A stretch of DNA of 64,000 nt from IMG/VR virus record IMGVR_UViG_3300033146_000857, positions 1 to 64,000 of that record, one strand, 5' to 3'. Source of the DNA: a virus. Below are positions 45,105 to 57,700 of the stretch, piece after piece. The position numbers were made by a program, and so were the translations under genes. The first letter of the stretch is position 1, and each line of letters opens with the position of its first letter. The notes under the pieces are model-generated. The model had not been told where the DNA came from, did not search any database, and saw nothing but the letters and a program-made list of their open reading frames with translations.

Positions 45105-47365
45105 GATACCATGTCCTCTGCTCTTATTAAGAATTCTATCTCTGGAACTTTAAAACCGCTCCCTAGAGGTAAGTCTATAAATTCTACCATAGACAGGTAA
45201 GGATAGTTATTTGCTTCCTCAACATTAAGCCCCTGGGTAGCGTCTGGATTGTTATCTTCTATAGGAACTAAAGTTCCTTGTAAAGTAGCTTTAAGGTAGT
45301 ATTTCAGATCTTTAGATGTTATGACTTCACCAGCTATTAGACTAGATGAGTTAGTTAGACTAACTATCTCTTTCTGCAAAAATGCTTCAGTACTGTCTTT
45401 GTCTAGGTCTGGCTTTGATAAGTCTATAGCATTTAGACTGGCTGTTCCAAGATTTATTATCTCATCAACTGTGTTGTCTAAGGGCTTATAGCCTTTGAAT
45501 AGATAAAGTGCTGTGTCAGTGCCTTCTGAAGAAGGGTCCTTTAACAGTTTAGTGAATAGGCCTGAATATTTGTTTGCCTTAAAATTATGGTACTTATTCA
45601 TGGTTGGGCAGTAAGGTTGGTCTGGTGTCCCGGGATAGATATATAGTTCTAACTCTTTAAGGTTACTGTTGTTAGCAACGTCTGGAAATAGTTTAAACTT
45701 AATCTTGTACCTGGTACACCCAGAGTCTGATATGCCAGTTACTACTTCACCGTCTAAATTTGTAAGACTATCAGTGTTATAAATAGCACCATTTATGCGT
45801 ATAGAGTATATATTTGTTAGCTTGCCATAGCCTAACGCATAGGCAACATTAGCAAAATAGTACCTTCCAGAGTCTTTAAAACTTCCCCCTAAGTTAACTT
45901 CAGTAACAGGCTTGGCTGTAAGTCCTAGAATGCCTTGAAGTCTTCCGTACAAAGAACTAAGGTTTACTAATATTTGATTTCCAGTTGATGAATAAAAAGT
46001 ATCTAGTTGCTTCTCAGCAACTGTACTACCTAGGGTATTAACAAATGATCTAACTGAGTTAAATGATCCGTCTACATTTGCTGCTTGATCTATCAAAAAC
46101 ACTATATCTGAGTTTAAATTTTCAGCTTGATTAAAGAAACTTCTTGGTGATGTGGCCCATAGCCATTTAGTTGTTGTGTATAAATCGTATATAGCTATCT
46201 TTTCTTTTAATTCGGCTATCTTTTGTGAACCATTACTTTGCGTATAGAGCTCGTGAATTTTTGTAAGTATAATACTAACTAGATTATATCTTTCAAAAAT
46301 AAAACTTAAAGCCAGGTCTGTGTTTAGTCTTACATGCTCTTCTGAATCAACTAGCTTGACTTCAGGAACATAAGCAAAAGTGTTCAATAATTTTATAGCT
46401 ATTGAGCAATTATTTTGAACAGATATATATCCAGAAGTTTTTCTATACTGAGTCATATACTCAGCCAAGGTGTCTAACTCTGTGTAGTATTGAAAACTTA
46501 CCCAATTTTCGTGTTCATTCACATGGGTGTTAATTACTGTTATTACATTGCTATTAAGCTTATCTATTTCTGTTTGAAGTTCAGTTCTATTTGGCATAGT
46601 CTGGAATACAGCTGTTGGAATACTAACTACTAAGTCTAGATAGGGTGTGCCTTTAGCTACCTGCAGTATATCAGTATATATTTGAACCCAGATATCATGT
46701 ACAGCTAGAATATCAGTAAGACTCTCTGCTGCTTCAAGTGCTTTTGGTCTGAGATTATCATAGTTGCCATTTGAACTTATTAAGTTGCCTATGGCATCAC
46801 AGTTAGCTAATACAGTCTGGTACTGATTGTTTAGCCTAATAGTGTAGTTTTTAAAATTGTATATTAGAGATTCAAGAATACAAGCTTTGTCTGTAAGATT
46901 ACATCTCTCAGGACATTTTACAGGAATTCCGGCTAAGTATCCATGAGCTGGATCACAGAGATTTTCTTGAGTTTCGTTAGAAGGTAGACTAATACTGTTT
47001 AGTACTACTAAAGGTTTGTCCTCTAAGCCTAGGTCTGTAAGGTCCATAAGAGGTAACATTGGTTTGGCTGCCACGTCTAGGCATCTAAATTTAACTTGGC
47101 CATAATCATTCTTTTGAAGTACCCTAACGGCCGTATCAGATAGTGCTATAGGCTGGCCGGTAACATAGGTTTTACCCTCAAGGTAGGATATATCCCCTTT
47201 TGTAATCAAACCTGCATTAGTAGTTAGCAACGCTTCAGCTCTATCATTCATGTAAGGAAGAAATCTAAGATTATTCAGTATGCAGGTAGAATAATTCTCA
47301 TCTCCAAGAGTACCTTTACAAAGGTTATCGGCATGTGAATAGGACACTATTCTATTTTCACTCAT
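45101..47365 (-). CDS. tail-tip hub-like protein
   Basis: YFANVAYALGYG...I.ING, YPGTPDQ and YPYLSMVEF.DLPLG...VPEIEF resemble the N-terminal part of GTA/siphovirus tail-tip proteins. Confidence 0.6.
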   Translation of the reverse strand: MSENRIVSYSHADNLCKGTLGDENYSTCILNNLRFLPYMNDRAEALLTTNAGLITKGDISYLEGKTYVTGQPIALSDTAVRVLQKNDYGQVKFRCLDVAAKPMLPLMDLTDLGLEDKPLVVLNSISLPSNETQENLCDPAHGYLAGIPVKCPERCNLTDKACILESLIYNFKNYTIRLNNQYQTVLANCDAIGNLISSNGNYDNLRPKALEAAESLTDILAVHDIWVQIYTDILQVAKGTPYLDLVVSIPTAVFQTMPNRTELQTEIDKLNSNVITVINTHVNEHENWVSFQYYTELDTLAEYMTQYRKTSGYISVQNNCSIAIKLLNTFAYVPEVKLVDSEEHVRLNTDLALSFIFERYNLVSIILTKIHELYTQSNGSQKIAELKEKIAIYDLYTTTKWLWATSPRSFFNQAENLNSDIVFLIDQAANVDGSFNSVRSFVNTLGSTVAEKQLDTFYSSTGNQILVNLSSLYGRLQGILGLTAKPVTEVNLGGSFKDSGRYYFANVAYALGYGKLTNIYSIRINGAIYNTDSLTNLDGEVVTGISDSGCTRYKIKFKLFPDVANNSNLKELELYIYPGTPDQPYCPTMNKYHNFKANKYSGLFTKLLKDPSSEGTDTALYLFKGYKPLDNTVDEIINLGTASLNAIDLSKPDLDKDSTEAFLQKEIVSLTNSSSLIAGEVITSKDLKYYLKATLQGTLVPIEDNNPDATQGLNVEEANNYPYLSMVEFIDLPLGSGFKVPEIEFLIRAEDMVS

Positions 47366-48231
47366 AGTTCAACTCCAAAGATATGATTATCACTAGTGCA
47401 CTCTTCCTGAGGTTCTCCAGGCTCTCCACAGTAAGTAAGCGCTTCAGAAGTGAATATGTTATAGTTTTTACTTTGTTTACCTAGATTGGCAAACCCATAA
47501 AAATGTTTAGTATTACCAAATTTTGCATGACACCCTCCATAAGTCTTATCACAGGATAATATTATATTAAGATCAAAAGTTAGCATGTCGTCTATAAAGT
47601 TTAAGTCTATGGCTAAGTGGCTAGCAGTTACCTTCAGTATCTTTGACCTAAAAGACCCCCCTAGGTCTATAAAAGCTAGGTTATAGTTTCTCATGGTCTT
47701 AAACTTTTCTTTACCTACTAGACTAATTGTTTTCCCGCCTAGTATAATCTCATCGTCTGAAAGGCTATATGGAATTAAGCCTGTGAGTGTATCTATAGGA
47801 ATACTAGTACAGGCTAAAGTATTATTAACTTCTTGAGCTCCACATAGTTCTGAGTATACCTGTAGTTGGCAAACGTTCTCTATTCGAGGTAAAAATAATT
47901 GCTTCATATAAAAAGAAGCCTTAGAGCCTATGTTTAGAGTTATATTTTGACTTACTGTGCTACTTATAGTTAAGATTATACCATCTAGTACTGTCTTAAA
48001 TTCATCCCCAGTAAAAATACTAACTCTAACAGAATAACCATTGGTTAGGTATATTAGAGGGTTTATGCCTCTTAGTACACTCCTAGGCATTGAGACACTT
48101 ATGGTGTCTTCGGCTAGTCCACTCTTAATATTCATAGATTTTAATTCTAATGAGCTAATAAAAGTTACCTCTGGGTCTTTGTTATGGTTACCTATCTTAA
48201 TGCTATTAGCAATCTCTAAAGTTACTAGCAC
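47362..48231 (-). CDS. DUF2163/BR0599-like baseplate hub protein
   Basis: C...VYS..CG and CDKTYGGCHAKFGNTKHFYGF motifs. Confidence 0.8.
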   Translation of the reverse strand: MLVTLEIANSIKIGNHNKDPEVTFISSLELKSMNIKSGLAEDTISVSMPRSVLRGINPLIYLTNGYSVRVSIFTGDEFKTVLDGIILTISSTVSQNITLNIGSKASFYMKQLFLPRIENVCQLQVYSELCGAQEVNNTLACTSIPIDTLTGLIPYSLSDDEIILGGKTISLVGKEKFKTMRNYNLAFIDLGGSFRSKILKVTASHLAIDLNFIDDMLTFDLNIILSCDKTYGGCHAKFGNTKHFYGFANLGKQSKNYNIFTSEALTYCGEPGEPQEECTSDNHIFGVEL

Positions 48232-48778
48232 TAGATGCTCCTATTTGTTGGTTAACTAAGACTGTTGGTTGAAAATATTCCTTGAACTTAGCACTAAGTT
48301 CAAAAAAGTTGTTAAACTTATGGTCTAATTTTAAAGTTCCATCCAGATAATGAACTCTGTGGGGTATTCTTAAACCGCTTGAAAGTATACTACTAGTAGT
48401 AATATCGAAAGTATTATTTTCATAAACTAGGTTATTTCCAAGTAAACTATGAGATAGCCTTCTATTTATGTCAAAGGTGTTTTCACCATAGAACTTTGCC
48501 TCATGAGGGTACTTATAAGATAGTCTATCACCAGTTTGGTCATAGACTAATTTCATACTAGGATGAATTTGAGTAACAAGATCAAAAGACTCTTCCTCAA
48601 CCAGTAGTTCTTCTAGGTAGTTCTTAAACTCATGATCGATCAGTCCAAAGTTTATCTCCCACTCTACATAGGGTACAGTAGTGTAATTGTCTACTTTTAC
48701 TCCGTCTACTAATAAAGGATTTTTACCCATATTTATCGTATATCTTAGATCTGAGTATAAAAATGTGTCTATCACCAT
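48206..48778 (-). CDS. putative distal tail protein
   Basis: Immediately downstream of the tape measure gene. Confidence 0.5.
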   Translation of the reverse strand: MVIDTFLYSDLRYTINMGKNPLLVDGVKVDNYTTVPYVEWEINFGLIDHEFKNYLEELLVEEESFDLVTQIHPSMKLVYDQTGDRLSYKYPHEAKFYGENTFDINRRLSHSLLGNNLVYENNTFDITTSSILSSGLRIPHRVHYLDGTLKLDHKFNNFFELSAKFKEYFQPTVLVNQQIGASSASNFRDC

Positions 48779-51700
48779 TACAGGTACTCCTCGAAAACTT
48801 TTTTAACTCCATTTGCTATCATAGGAAGATTTCTTTCTATTGAAGCTAAAGAAGCATCTGGAGCCACTGGGATGGTAATGTTAAAATTATTACCACTGTC
48901 CTGACTCACTTGATTGTTACTACTGCTTATAGTGTTTATATTAACCTTTGGTATACTCATGGTTGATTTATTTAGACCATTAAAATAGTCCGCACCTAAA
49001 GCTCTAACAGTCTCTTTTCTTACTACGGCTTCTCCGTCCTCCAATAACGTAGGTCTTCTGTCTCCTCCGCCGTAGCCTGGTAAAACTCCTCCAGTAGACA
49101 TGCCGACACTACTACTATGTCCAGCTATGTTACTACTGGCTGCTATTGTTCTTGCAGCTCTTGCTGATGCTGCTCTTGCTCTGGCCAAATCTCTATTTAA
49201 GCTAGCCATAGCTTGACTCACGGATCTGGTCATGGTTCTGGCTGCCTCGTTAGCTCCCTTAGTAACGTCTCTCCCTACAGAGCTAAAACCTCGGTTTATT
49301 GAAAGAGTACTAGTTTTTAAACTTCTAGTTAGCCAGTCTGCTTGTTTAGTAAGTTCTGCCGCCATTGGCTTATAGAAATTTTTATTCTTAATGGCTTGAG
49401 TAGTCTTTTCTCCAGTTTTGTCTACTAGATCAACTACTGCTTTGGAAGTTTCATCACTAGTCTTAGATAGTCTTTTTACTAGGTTTTCTTTTATGTCTTT
49501 TAACTTTATGGTCCCTTTTTCAAGTCCTGCTATAAGTTGTTCAGCTGTTGTGGCCCCTAGGTCATTAGCCACTTTTTGTAGCATTTCGTTATTAAAAAGA
49601 TTTTGAAACACAGATTGCATTTTGTCATTGATATTCTCAGTATTAACGTCTACCTTTTGTAGGGTAGTTTGTATAGAGTCTTCTATTTTTTGTTGCAGAA
49701 TAACAGCATCAAAAGTAGCTACTTTCATAGAGTCTCTAAAAGACTCTTCATATTTATTGGCCATAGCTATGGCGTCAAAGGTAGCTAATGCTACTGCATC
49801 AATTTGACTTTGTTCTAAGGCCTCTTTAGACTGTTCAACGTCTATAGCTAGTGTATTAAGCATTTCAGTTAGTTGTCTGCCTAGGGCCGCACTTAGTCTA
49901 TCAGAGTTAATCTCCATGCCTTCTAGGTTAAAACTCAACGCCCTAGCTAAATCAGCTTTAGCATCTGCTGCATGAATTGCTATCTGTCTAAATGAGTCTC
50001 TAACAGAGTCTGCTATCTTAGTCATATTTTCTGAGAAAGAAATGCCTAGTTCTTCTAGTTGTCTAGCTGTATTTCTATTAATGTCTTCTATGCCCTGCTC
50101 AAACCCGCGAGCTATGTCCTCTAAACCAAAGCTTTTGCCAATGCCAAGTTCTTCAGTCTTTATGTCTTTGTTTATTTGAATATCTTGCATGGACTCAGCT
50201 AATTTTATACTTAAGTCTTCTAAGGCTCTTTGAAAGTCTAAAGACAATTTTGTCATATTTCTGTTAAATTGAGTAGCTATGTCAGAAAGATCTCTAGAGT
50301 ACTTTCTATGAGCATCCTGTAGATCATAGGCTAATTTTATTCCAGCGTCTCTTATACTAAGGTCATATTTTAACATGGCTGTTTGTAAGTCAAATAAAGC
50401 CGCGCCCATTTCTCCTTTAGCCCCTGTTACATCTCCAACTGTGGTAGTAGTTCTGTAAGCTCCATTAGCTGCTCCATAGAGCAAGTCTACTAGCTGTTCT
50501 ATAGACACTGAGTTTCCAGTTGCTGCAGATGCTGCTGTAGGTGCAGTCTCTGGGGCTGCTACCATTTCCTTCATATACTCTGGGTCTGTTAGAGCTCTAG
50601 TTGCATCAAAACTGAACCCAGCTTGAGCCTTGGTTACTCCCTGATCAACGATTACGTCTATAAGCTTGTCTGAGTTTTTATCCATATAGTCTAGATAAGT
50701 CTTATTAAAGATTTCACTGTTTACGTCTCCACCAGCCACTTTGTAAGCTTCTTTATAAGCTTCTTTTACCAGATCTTCTTTTGTTTTGTTTATATTTATC
50801 CACTGTTTAATCGCAGAAGTATTTTCACTAAGTTTAGCTTTATTAGCATCCATAGCTAGACTAATATTTGACATCTTATCAGCTAAGCCTAAGAGAGTAT
50901 CAGCATTTACAGTAAGCACAACTGGCTTTTGTAAGTTTCGGCTAAATAGCGTGTTAGTGTCGGCTATAGCTCTGTTTATAGCCGCAAGAGTTCTACCGTA
51001 GTTTCTGTTTAGGTCATTAACTTGCCTAGCATAGTTCTTTCTAGCATCATGTCTAGCTTGGTTAGTGCTAGTCTTTAAGTCTGCTACTGATCTTCTAAAG
51101 TTTATCCCAACTTGTTTAAGACTTCTAGCATAGTTTAATAGTGCACTAGCTTGTTGGTTTTGAACACTTCTATCTAAAGCTTGTATGTTTCTATTATAGT
51201 TTCTATTATTAGCTTCTACTTTTCTTTCTTTAGATATGCCTAAGTCTTCTACAGAATACTCTTTTGAACGACCAATTTTTTGCCCAGAAAAGCCTACATC
51301 TCTACGTAGGTTTCTCTCTGAAGAAACTCTATTGATGGTAACGTCTCTCCTGGATCTGTCTGTATTAAGATTAAGCTTATCTAGATTAAATCTGTACTGC
51401 CTTACTGCGTCTTCACGTTTGTTTCTAGCACTTATGTTAAGTTCTTGCTGTTGGAATGCAACCTGACGTATCTTAGCTTCCTTAATGTTAGCTGTTCTTA
51501 TGTCTAGATTTTTAATAGCTATCTGCTTAGTTAGTGTCTGTCTATTTCTGTAATCTTCGCTCATATTATTGGCTAGCCCTGACCTATCGGTCATGTTAAC
51601 TATGTCTGAGGTACTCATACTACTAACTGTCTTAAAGCTGTCTTTGGCTATGTTAGCATTTCTAAGAGTTCTATTAAGACCTTCTGCAAATCTATAGTTC

Positions 51701-54700
51701 TTAAGATCTTTAGCTTTTGTTATGTCTCTTTCTAGGCTTAAGTTATCTACAAAGTCACTAATAGCTGTAAGTTTAGCTATGTCCATTTTTCCAAGTTTAG
51801 TAGCTAGTTCTTCCATTGGCTTAAGCATTGTTACTCCACCGGCTGTCTTCACGGCCTCTGGATCTTCATTAGATAATACTTGCTTGTGTAGTTTGTCTGG
51901 GTCTGCTTGACTTAGTAATTTTCTGTACTGTTTATCTCCACCTAGTCTGTCATCTAGAACACTCGCAAAGGTATCTCCAATGCTCTTACTAAAACTTTGA
52001 TCATTTGTAAAAGTATCCGCAGCAAGCTTATTAGCAAATTCTGACAAGTCTCCTCCAAGAGACCTGTTTAGGCTTGTAAAAGTAGACCTTATCTGACTGT
52101 CCATTTGTTTCAAAGGAACTTGCATAACTTTACCAAGTTTATCAGCTAAGTTTTCTAGCTCTCCTTTGTCCGAGAGTAGTTTTGTATATCCCCCTTTGTC
52201 AGCTAAGACTGTATCGGTTCTTTCAGATATCTCTTTACGATTTGCATAGAACACAGACTCTTTACCATTTGACGCTATATCTTTCTGTACCTGACCTAGA
52301 ATCTCTAGGTCATTGGTTGCTAATACAGCTACATTTGCTAGATGCTTATAAGATTTTTGCATGTTTGTGATAACACTTTTTAATTCTTTATCACTTAGCT
52401 TATCTTTATCTTTTGTCTTATTATTAAAGCTTATAGCTTTATCAGATATTGCTTGGTCAAAATTTTGTTTATTCTCTGTGGCTGCAATTGGGTTAAGCCT
52501 AACAATCTTGGCTATTGCCTTTGGTAAAGCACCAGTTAAAAGGATACTTTCTACTGATGCTTTATTAGTTACTTTGTCTACCTCTTCTTGTTTAGCTACT
52601 GAGTATAATTTTAAACCACTTAAAAAATTATCCTTAACACTAGTTGTATTGGCTTTTGCACTTAGCTCTTTGAACTCTTGTATATTTTTTAGTAGTTGTT
52701 TTTGATTATTCCCAGCTAAGTCTAGTCCTTTTATAAAAGAGAAATTTTCATCTAAGTAGTTATTCAGGTCTGCTATCTCAGAACTGTACTGTTTCTCCAT
52801 TTCTAGGGCTTTTTTACGGGATATTAGGTTCTTTTGAGCATTACCTGCCTCTATTTCAGAATTCTCGGCTAAAACACTCTTTAGCTCTTCTCCTGATAAG
52901 TCTGTAGTATTCTTTGTCTTTTTTAAGACTAGGGCTTTATCTTTAGATATTCCTGCATAAGTTTTACCTAAGTTACTTTGAAGTTCCGAATAAGCCTCTG
53001 CAGTAGTTGCCATGTGCTCGAATACTTGTTGAGAATTAAACCCAGCATCTTTTTCTGCACTTAGAGCTACGCTTCTATCTATACTGTCGTTTACTCCAAG
53101 TCCTTCTGATATCATTCCAGCACTTAGGCTACCAAGGACTGCTGCTACGGGTATACCAAGTCCAGTTGCTCCTGCCATAGTTGCACCAGCACCAGCTAAA
53201 ACTCCACCAATAATACTTGGTGCTGCTTTAAGCATTGAGGCCCAGAAAACAGAACTTTCAACGTCCTCGTTTTCTGTTTCTTCATAGGCTTTTTTACCTA
53301 AGCTCCATGACTGAGCCGCTGTAGTTAATACAGCCAATGCTGGTAGTTTTGGTATTTTACTTGTCCACTTGCCTACGAAACCTGTGAAAGTCTTTATAGA
53401 AGGAGTTAGTTTTCCAACAGCCTCACCTAATGATTTAGTCAGCCCTGGAGCCATTTTAGCCATCTTATCTCCAGCAGTTATACCAGCCAAGCCTACACCA
53501 GTGCTTAAAGACCCCTTAGATAAGTAATTTGCCCCATAGATTCCGGCTGCAGTTAAGCCTAGCATTAAGCCACTGGTCTCACCTTCTGGAGGTCTAAAAG
53601 ATTCTAAGTAGTCTTCTTTTGACTTGGCATACATTGGCTTCTTTTTTACATCTCCTTCTAAGGTTAGTTGTTTAAATAGATCTCCTGAGCCATCTAGAGA
53701 ACTTTCTAGTTGTGAATAAAAGCCTATTGACCAGCTATTTATCATGTTCTTAAATCTGTTCTTTGTTGAGCTAAGTTGAATTTCATTTGCATCTTCTGCA
53801 GCTGATGTGCCTATTATGCTAGACCTAAAAGCATCTGCTTTGTCTATCTGGTTTGATATGGCTGCATAGGCAGTTCTTTCTCTAACTTCCATACCTCTTG
53901 TGGCGTGCTGAAAAGTGTACCCAGAGTCTTTCATAAACTTAAAGACTCCAATTACTCCCTCATCATTAAAAACCTTATTAAAGTCTTTAAGAGAGATATT
54001 AGCTGCTTTCAATGATTTAGCAAATTTTGCTGAAGGAGCTATAATGTCAGAAAATAACATTCTTTGTCCAGTACCTAGAGTAGAACCTCTCTTTATACCT
54101 GCGTCTTTCATAAGAGACGTAAGTGTTAGTACATCTTCTACAGGTATATTACCTTGAGCTGCGATGTTACCTGAATATTGTAAGGCAAGTCCTAGTGAAT
54201 TTATATCAAGTTTAGACTTGTTAACTGCTGCTGTAAATTGATTAGCCACTACTTCTGACTCAGAGAAAGACTTATCCCAAATGGTTAAAGCTGATGTAAT
54301 AGTCTGAGTAGAATCTTCTAGAGATGAACCTGTTGCTGTTGCCAGTTTAACTACACCACCAAGTGACCCACTAATACTGTTAGCTGTATAGCCTGCTTGT
54401 CCGAGAATAGTCGCTGCATCTGAGATCTCTGAGGCCGAAAACTTAGTAGTCACTGCTACTTTTTTTACAGAGTCTGTTAGTAATCCCATTTCTGTACTAG
54501 ATGACCCAGTTATGGCTTGTAGGTTCTTTAGCCTGTCTTGAAACTCTACAGCACTACCGAGGGTTCCGGTTATTAAGGCTGTGCCTGCTCCAAGTGCTGC
54601 GTATGATCCCATGAAAACTGCATTGTTCATCATCTGCTCTTTAAAGTTATCAACCCTGTTAGCTGCTTGAGCTTGTAAGTTTTTCTTACCAGAGTAAACA

Positions 54701-57700
54701 TCTCTTGTAGCATTTAGTTTATCTTTACTTTGTTGAGAGTTATTTAATTCTTGGTCTATAGATTGTATATGACCTAGGGCACCCAGCACTTGAGTAGTCT
54801 CCCCAGCCCCTTTTGTTTGATAAGTCTTAGCTTTACCTATGTCAGCAGATAGAGATGCTATTTGTTTTTTGTCTAGGCTTAATTTAGTTCCATATTTTTT
54901 AGTAAACTCTTTTTCATTAAGACCTGTAAGCTTTCTAACAGGCTCTAAATTTTCATTAAGCGCATTTATCTCTTTTGAAAGATCTTTTAGAGGTTTAAAC
55001 ACTTTAGATAATTCTTGAGTAGCTATAGACGATCCAAGTTGGTTTGATACTGCATTTTTCTCTGTCCCGCTAAGTTTGTTATATTTATCTACAGTAGTCT
55101 GCTTGACAGTCTCCCCAGCTATTCCTGAATTAAACACTTCTTCTATGACTGCTTTAGCCGGATTATTTTCTTCAAAAGCACTAACTATTAAATCTTTCTG
55201 AAGCTTAAATAATTCTTTCTGCTGCTTTGTCCCTGCAGTCATAAACATAGCACTCTGGTTTATATTTGACACACTTTGGCGCCTATCTGAGTGTGTTGAT
55301 ATATTTTTTGGGTCTATAAGTCTTTTACCCCTTAAGTGTCCTTTAATGTCCCCTTCGCCCACGATTTCTGAATAACTGCTAATTTGTTCTCTTCCAGCCT
55401 GTTCTAATGTTTCGTTTATATTCTGCTTAGCATCTGCTTTACTTTTATTCTCTGTAGTTTTACCTTTGTCTCCATTTTTCTTCTTTTGTGAGGCTATTAA
55501 GTCTTCTTTTTTCTCTGATTCAGACAGATAGTTATCCATAAGTTTTGTAACATCATTAAGCATGTCGTTAGGATCTAGGTCTAGGGGTCTAAAGGTGTAT
55601 TTTGACTTGTCTTTCTTAACTTGTTCTGTCCAGTCTTTCCAACCGGTAACCAAGCCTCCAGTTTCATATTTGCTAAACTTACCTTCCGCTGCGGCCGATT
55701 GAAATCTGTCAAAAGAAGCTTTATCAGTTATGCCTAGACTTTTTGTTGTCTTCTGGTTTAGGACCGACTCACCTTTCATTAGAAGTGCTGGTACTTCATC
55801 TTTAGTTGACTTACCAGGAATAAACCCTCCCTTAGCGAATTTTAATACCCCTCTAGACCTAAATGGAATTTTACCTTTAAGACTCTTATATTTAGCTTGT
55901 GGAAGAACTCTATGCCAGTTGTTATATATTAAATTATCTTCATCGTCTAGTAGGGTTCTTAGAAACTGTTGTTTTCTTTTAAAAGCTGTCTGTTTACTAA
56001 CATCTTTAAGTTCTTCTTTGACATTACTAAGTTTTATCGCTTCCAATCTAGTATTTTTACTGGCCTTAGTTTCAGTAACTAAACTGTTAAATTTTGCATA
56101 GGCTCTATCAAGTGTTTCTTTTGTTGCTTCTGGTTGATAGTTAGCCTTAAAGTAGTCATTGAAACTTTCTCGTTTCTTTAGTCTTTTTTCTTTTTCCAGG
56201 TTAATTTTATCAAGTTTATTTCTGTCTTCTCTTGTTTTTCTCTCTTTAAAGAGTTCATCCGTATTTGTCACTACCGTTGGATCTAGCTTTGTATTACTTG
56301 AAGCTTGAGTCTTATGTTTAGCTAAAGTCTCATCACTGAGAGTTCCTGCTTTTTTATTTACGCCCTCTCTACCGGGTCTTAGCGCACTAGTCTCTTCAGA
56401 ATTTATAAGCTCTTCCATAGAAACCATCTTACCTCTTACGGCTCTTTTCTTATACTTATCCTCTATGTTTATCTGGCCTATTCGTTCATTTAACTCCTCA
56501 GAATAACTCTCTCCTAGTACATGATTAGCTTTTGACTTAGTATGATACTCTCCTAAGCCTGTCTTAGCTAATCTTTCATTTAAGCCATGGTTAAAAGCAC
56601 TAGATATTTGCCTAATCTCATTTGTGCTGTACTCAAGATTACTATCTAAGTAAGGAGTCATACCTTTAAAAGTTTCCTTAGTATTCTGTCTTAGAGCTTT
56701 TCTATACATATTAGCTATAGTTTTCTTAGGATCTTTCCATACTCTTTTTAGCGTCTTAGCTTCTTTACCATCAGTCAGTCTCTGTGTGTAACTGTTTACT
56801 TGGTCTATTACTCTTAAAGCCGCCGCTTGTTGTATAGGATCTTTGTGTAGGTCTTTTGCCATGCTTGCAATAGCCTTTGCCATTATAGGTATCTGTACTC
56901 TATCAACCCCCATACTAGGGCCTATGGCCTGTAGCTTTTGCATCACTCTGCTATATTTTGTAACAAATCTGCCCATTTGGTCTCTGTCCGACATACCCTC
57001 AAGTCCCAGACTCTCAGTTGCTGCTTTTAGTTGTTCTTTCTTTCCTCTAGCTGAATTGGCTTGTTGCTCATATTCTATTTTTCTAAGATATGAACCTTTA
57101 TATTTTTTAGTTTTATAAGTATCCTTGTCTATGAGCCCTGGGTTAGTTGGAACTATGTAGTCTTCTGGATGTCTATTCTCAAATAGACTCTTTCCAAGTT
57201 GTAAAGAGTCTATGTCATCAAAAGGTACGTTAGCAATTCCACCATGAGCTCTTATAAGACTCTCTACTTTATTAGCTTGTATATATTCCTCTTTAGTTAG
57301 ACTTTTCAGCTCTGTATACTTTCCTGATGCTTCTTTTGATAGTTCTGTTTGAGGGCCTCTTAACCTTTTTAGTTGTTCTGGATGCTGAGTTTTTATTTGC
57401 TCGTTTTCAAGAGTATAAAAATCTGCCATTTCTGAGGCATATCCAATTTTATTTCTACTTAAAGCTTGAACTAAAGCATTACGTTTTTGCCATGCCCAGT
57501 CGTCCTTATAATTTTCTCCATTCCAATGATTAAACCTTACTCTTCCAGAACTACCCTTTAAGCCCCCAAGATTTGATGTACCTTGACCTTTTGCGTAGTC
57601 TTCAGCTATCTTAGCTTGTGCTATAAATTTACCTGAGGTTCCTTGATTACTTGTAGATACTGTATTCCAATCTTTGTTATAATCGTAATTTGCCTGTAGG

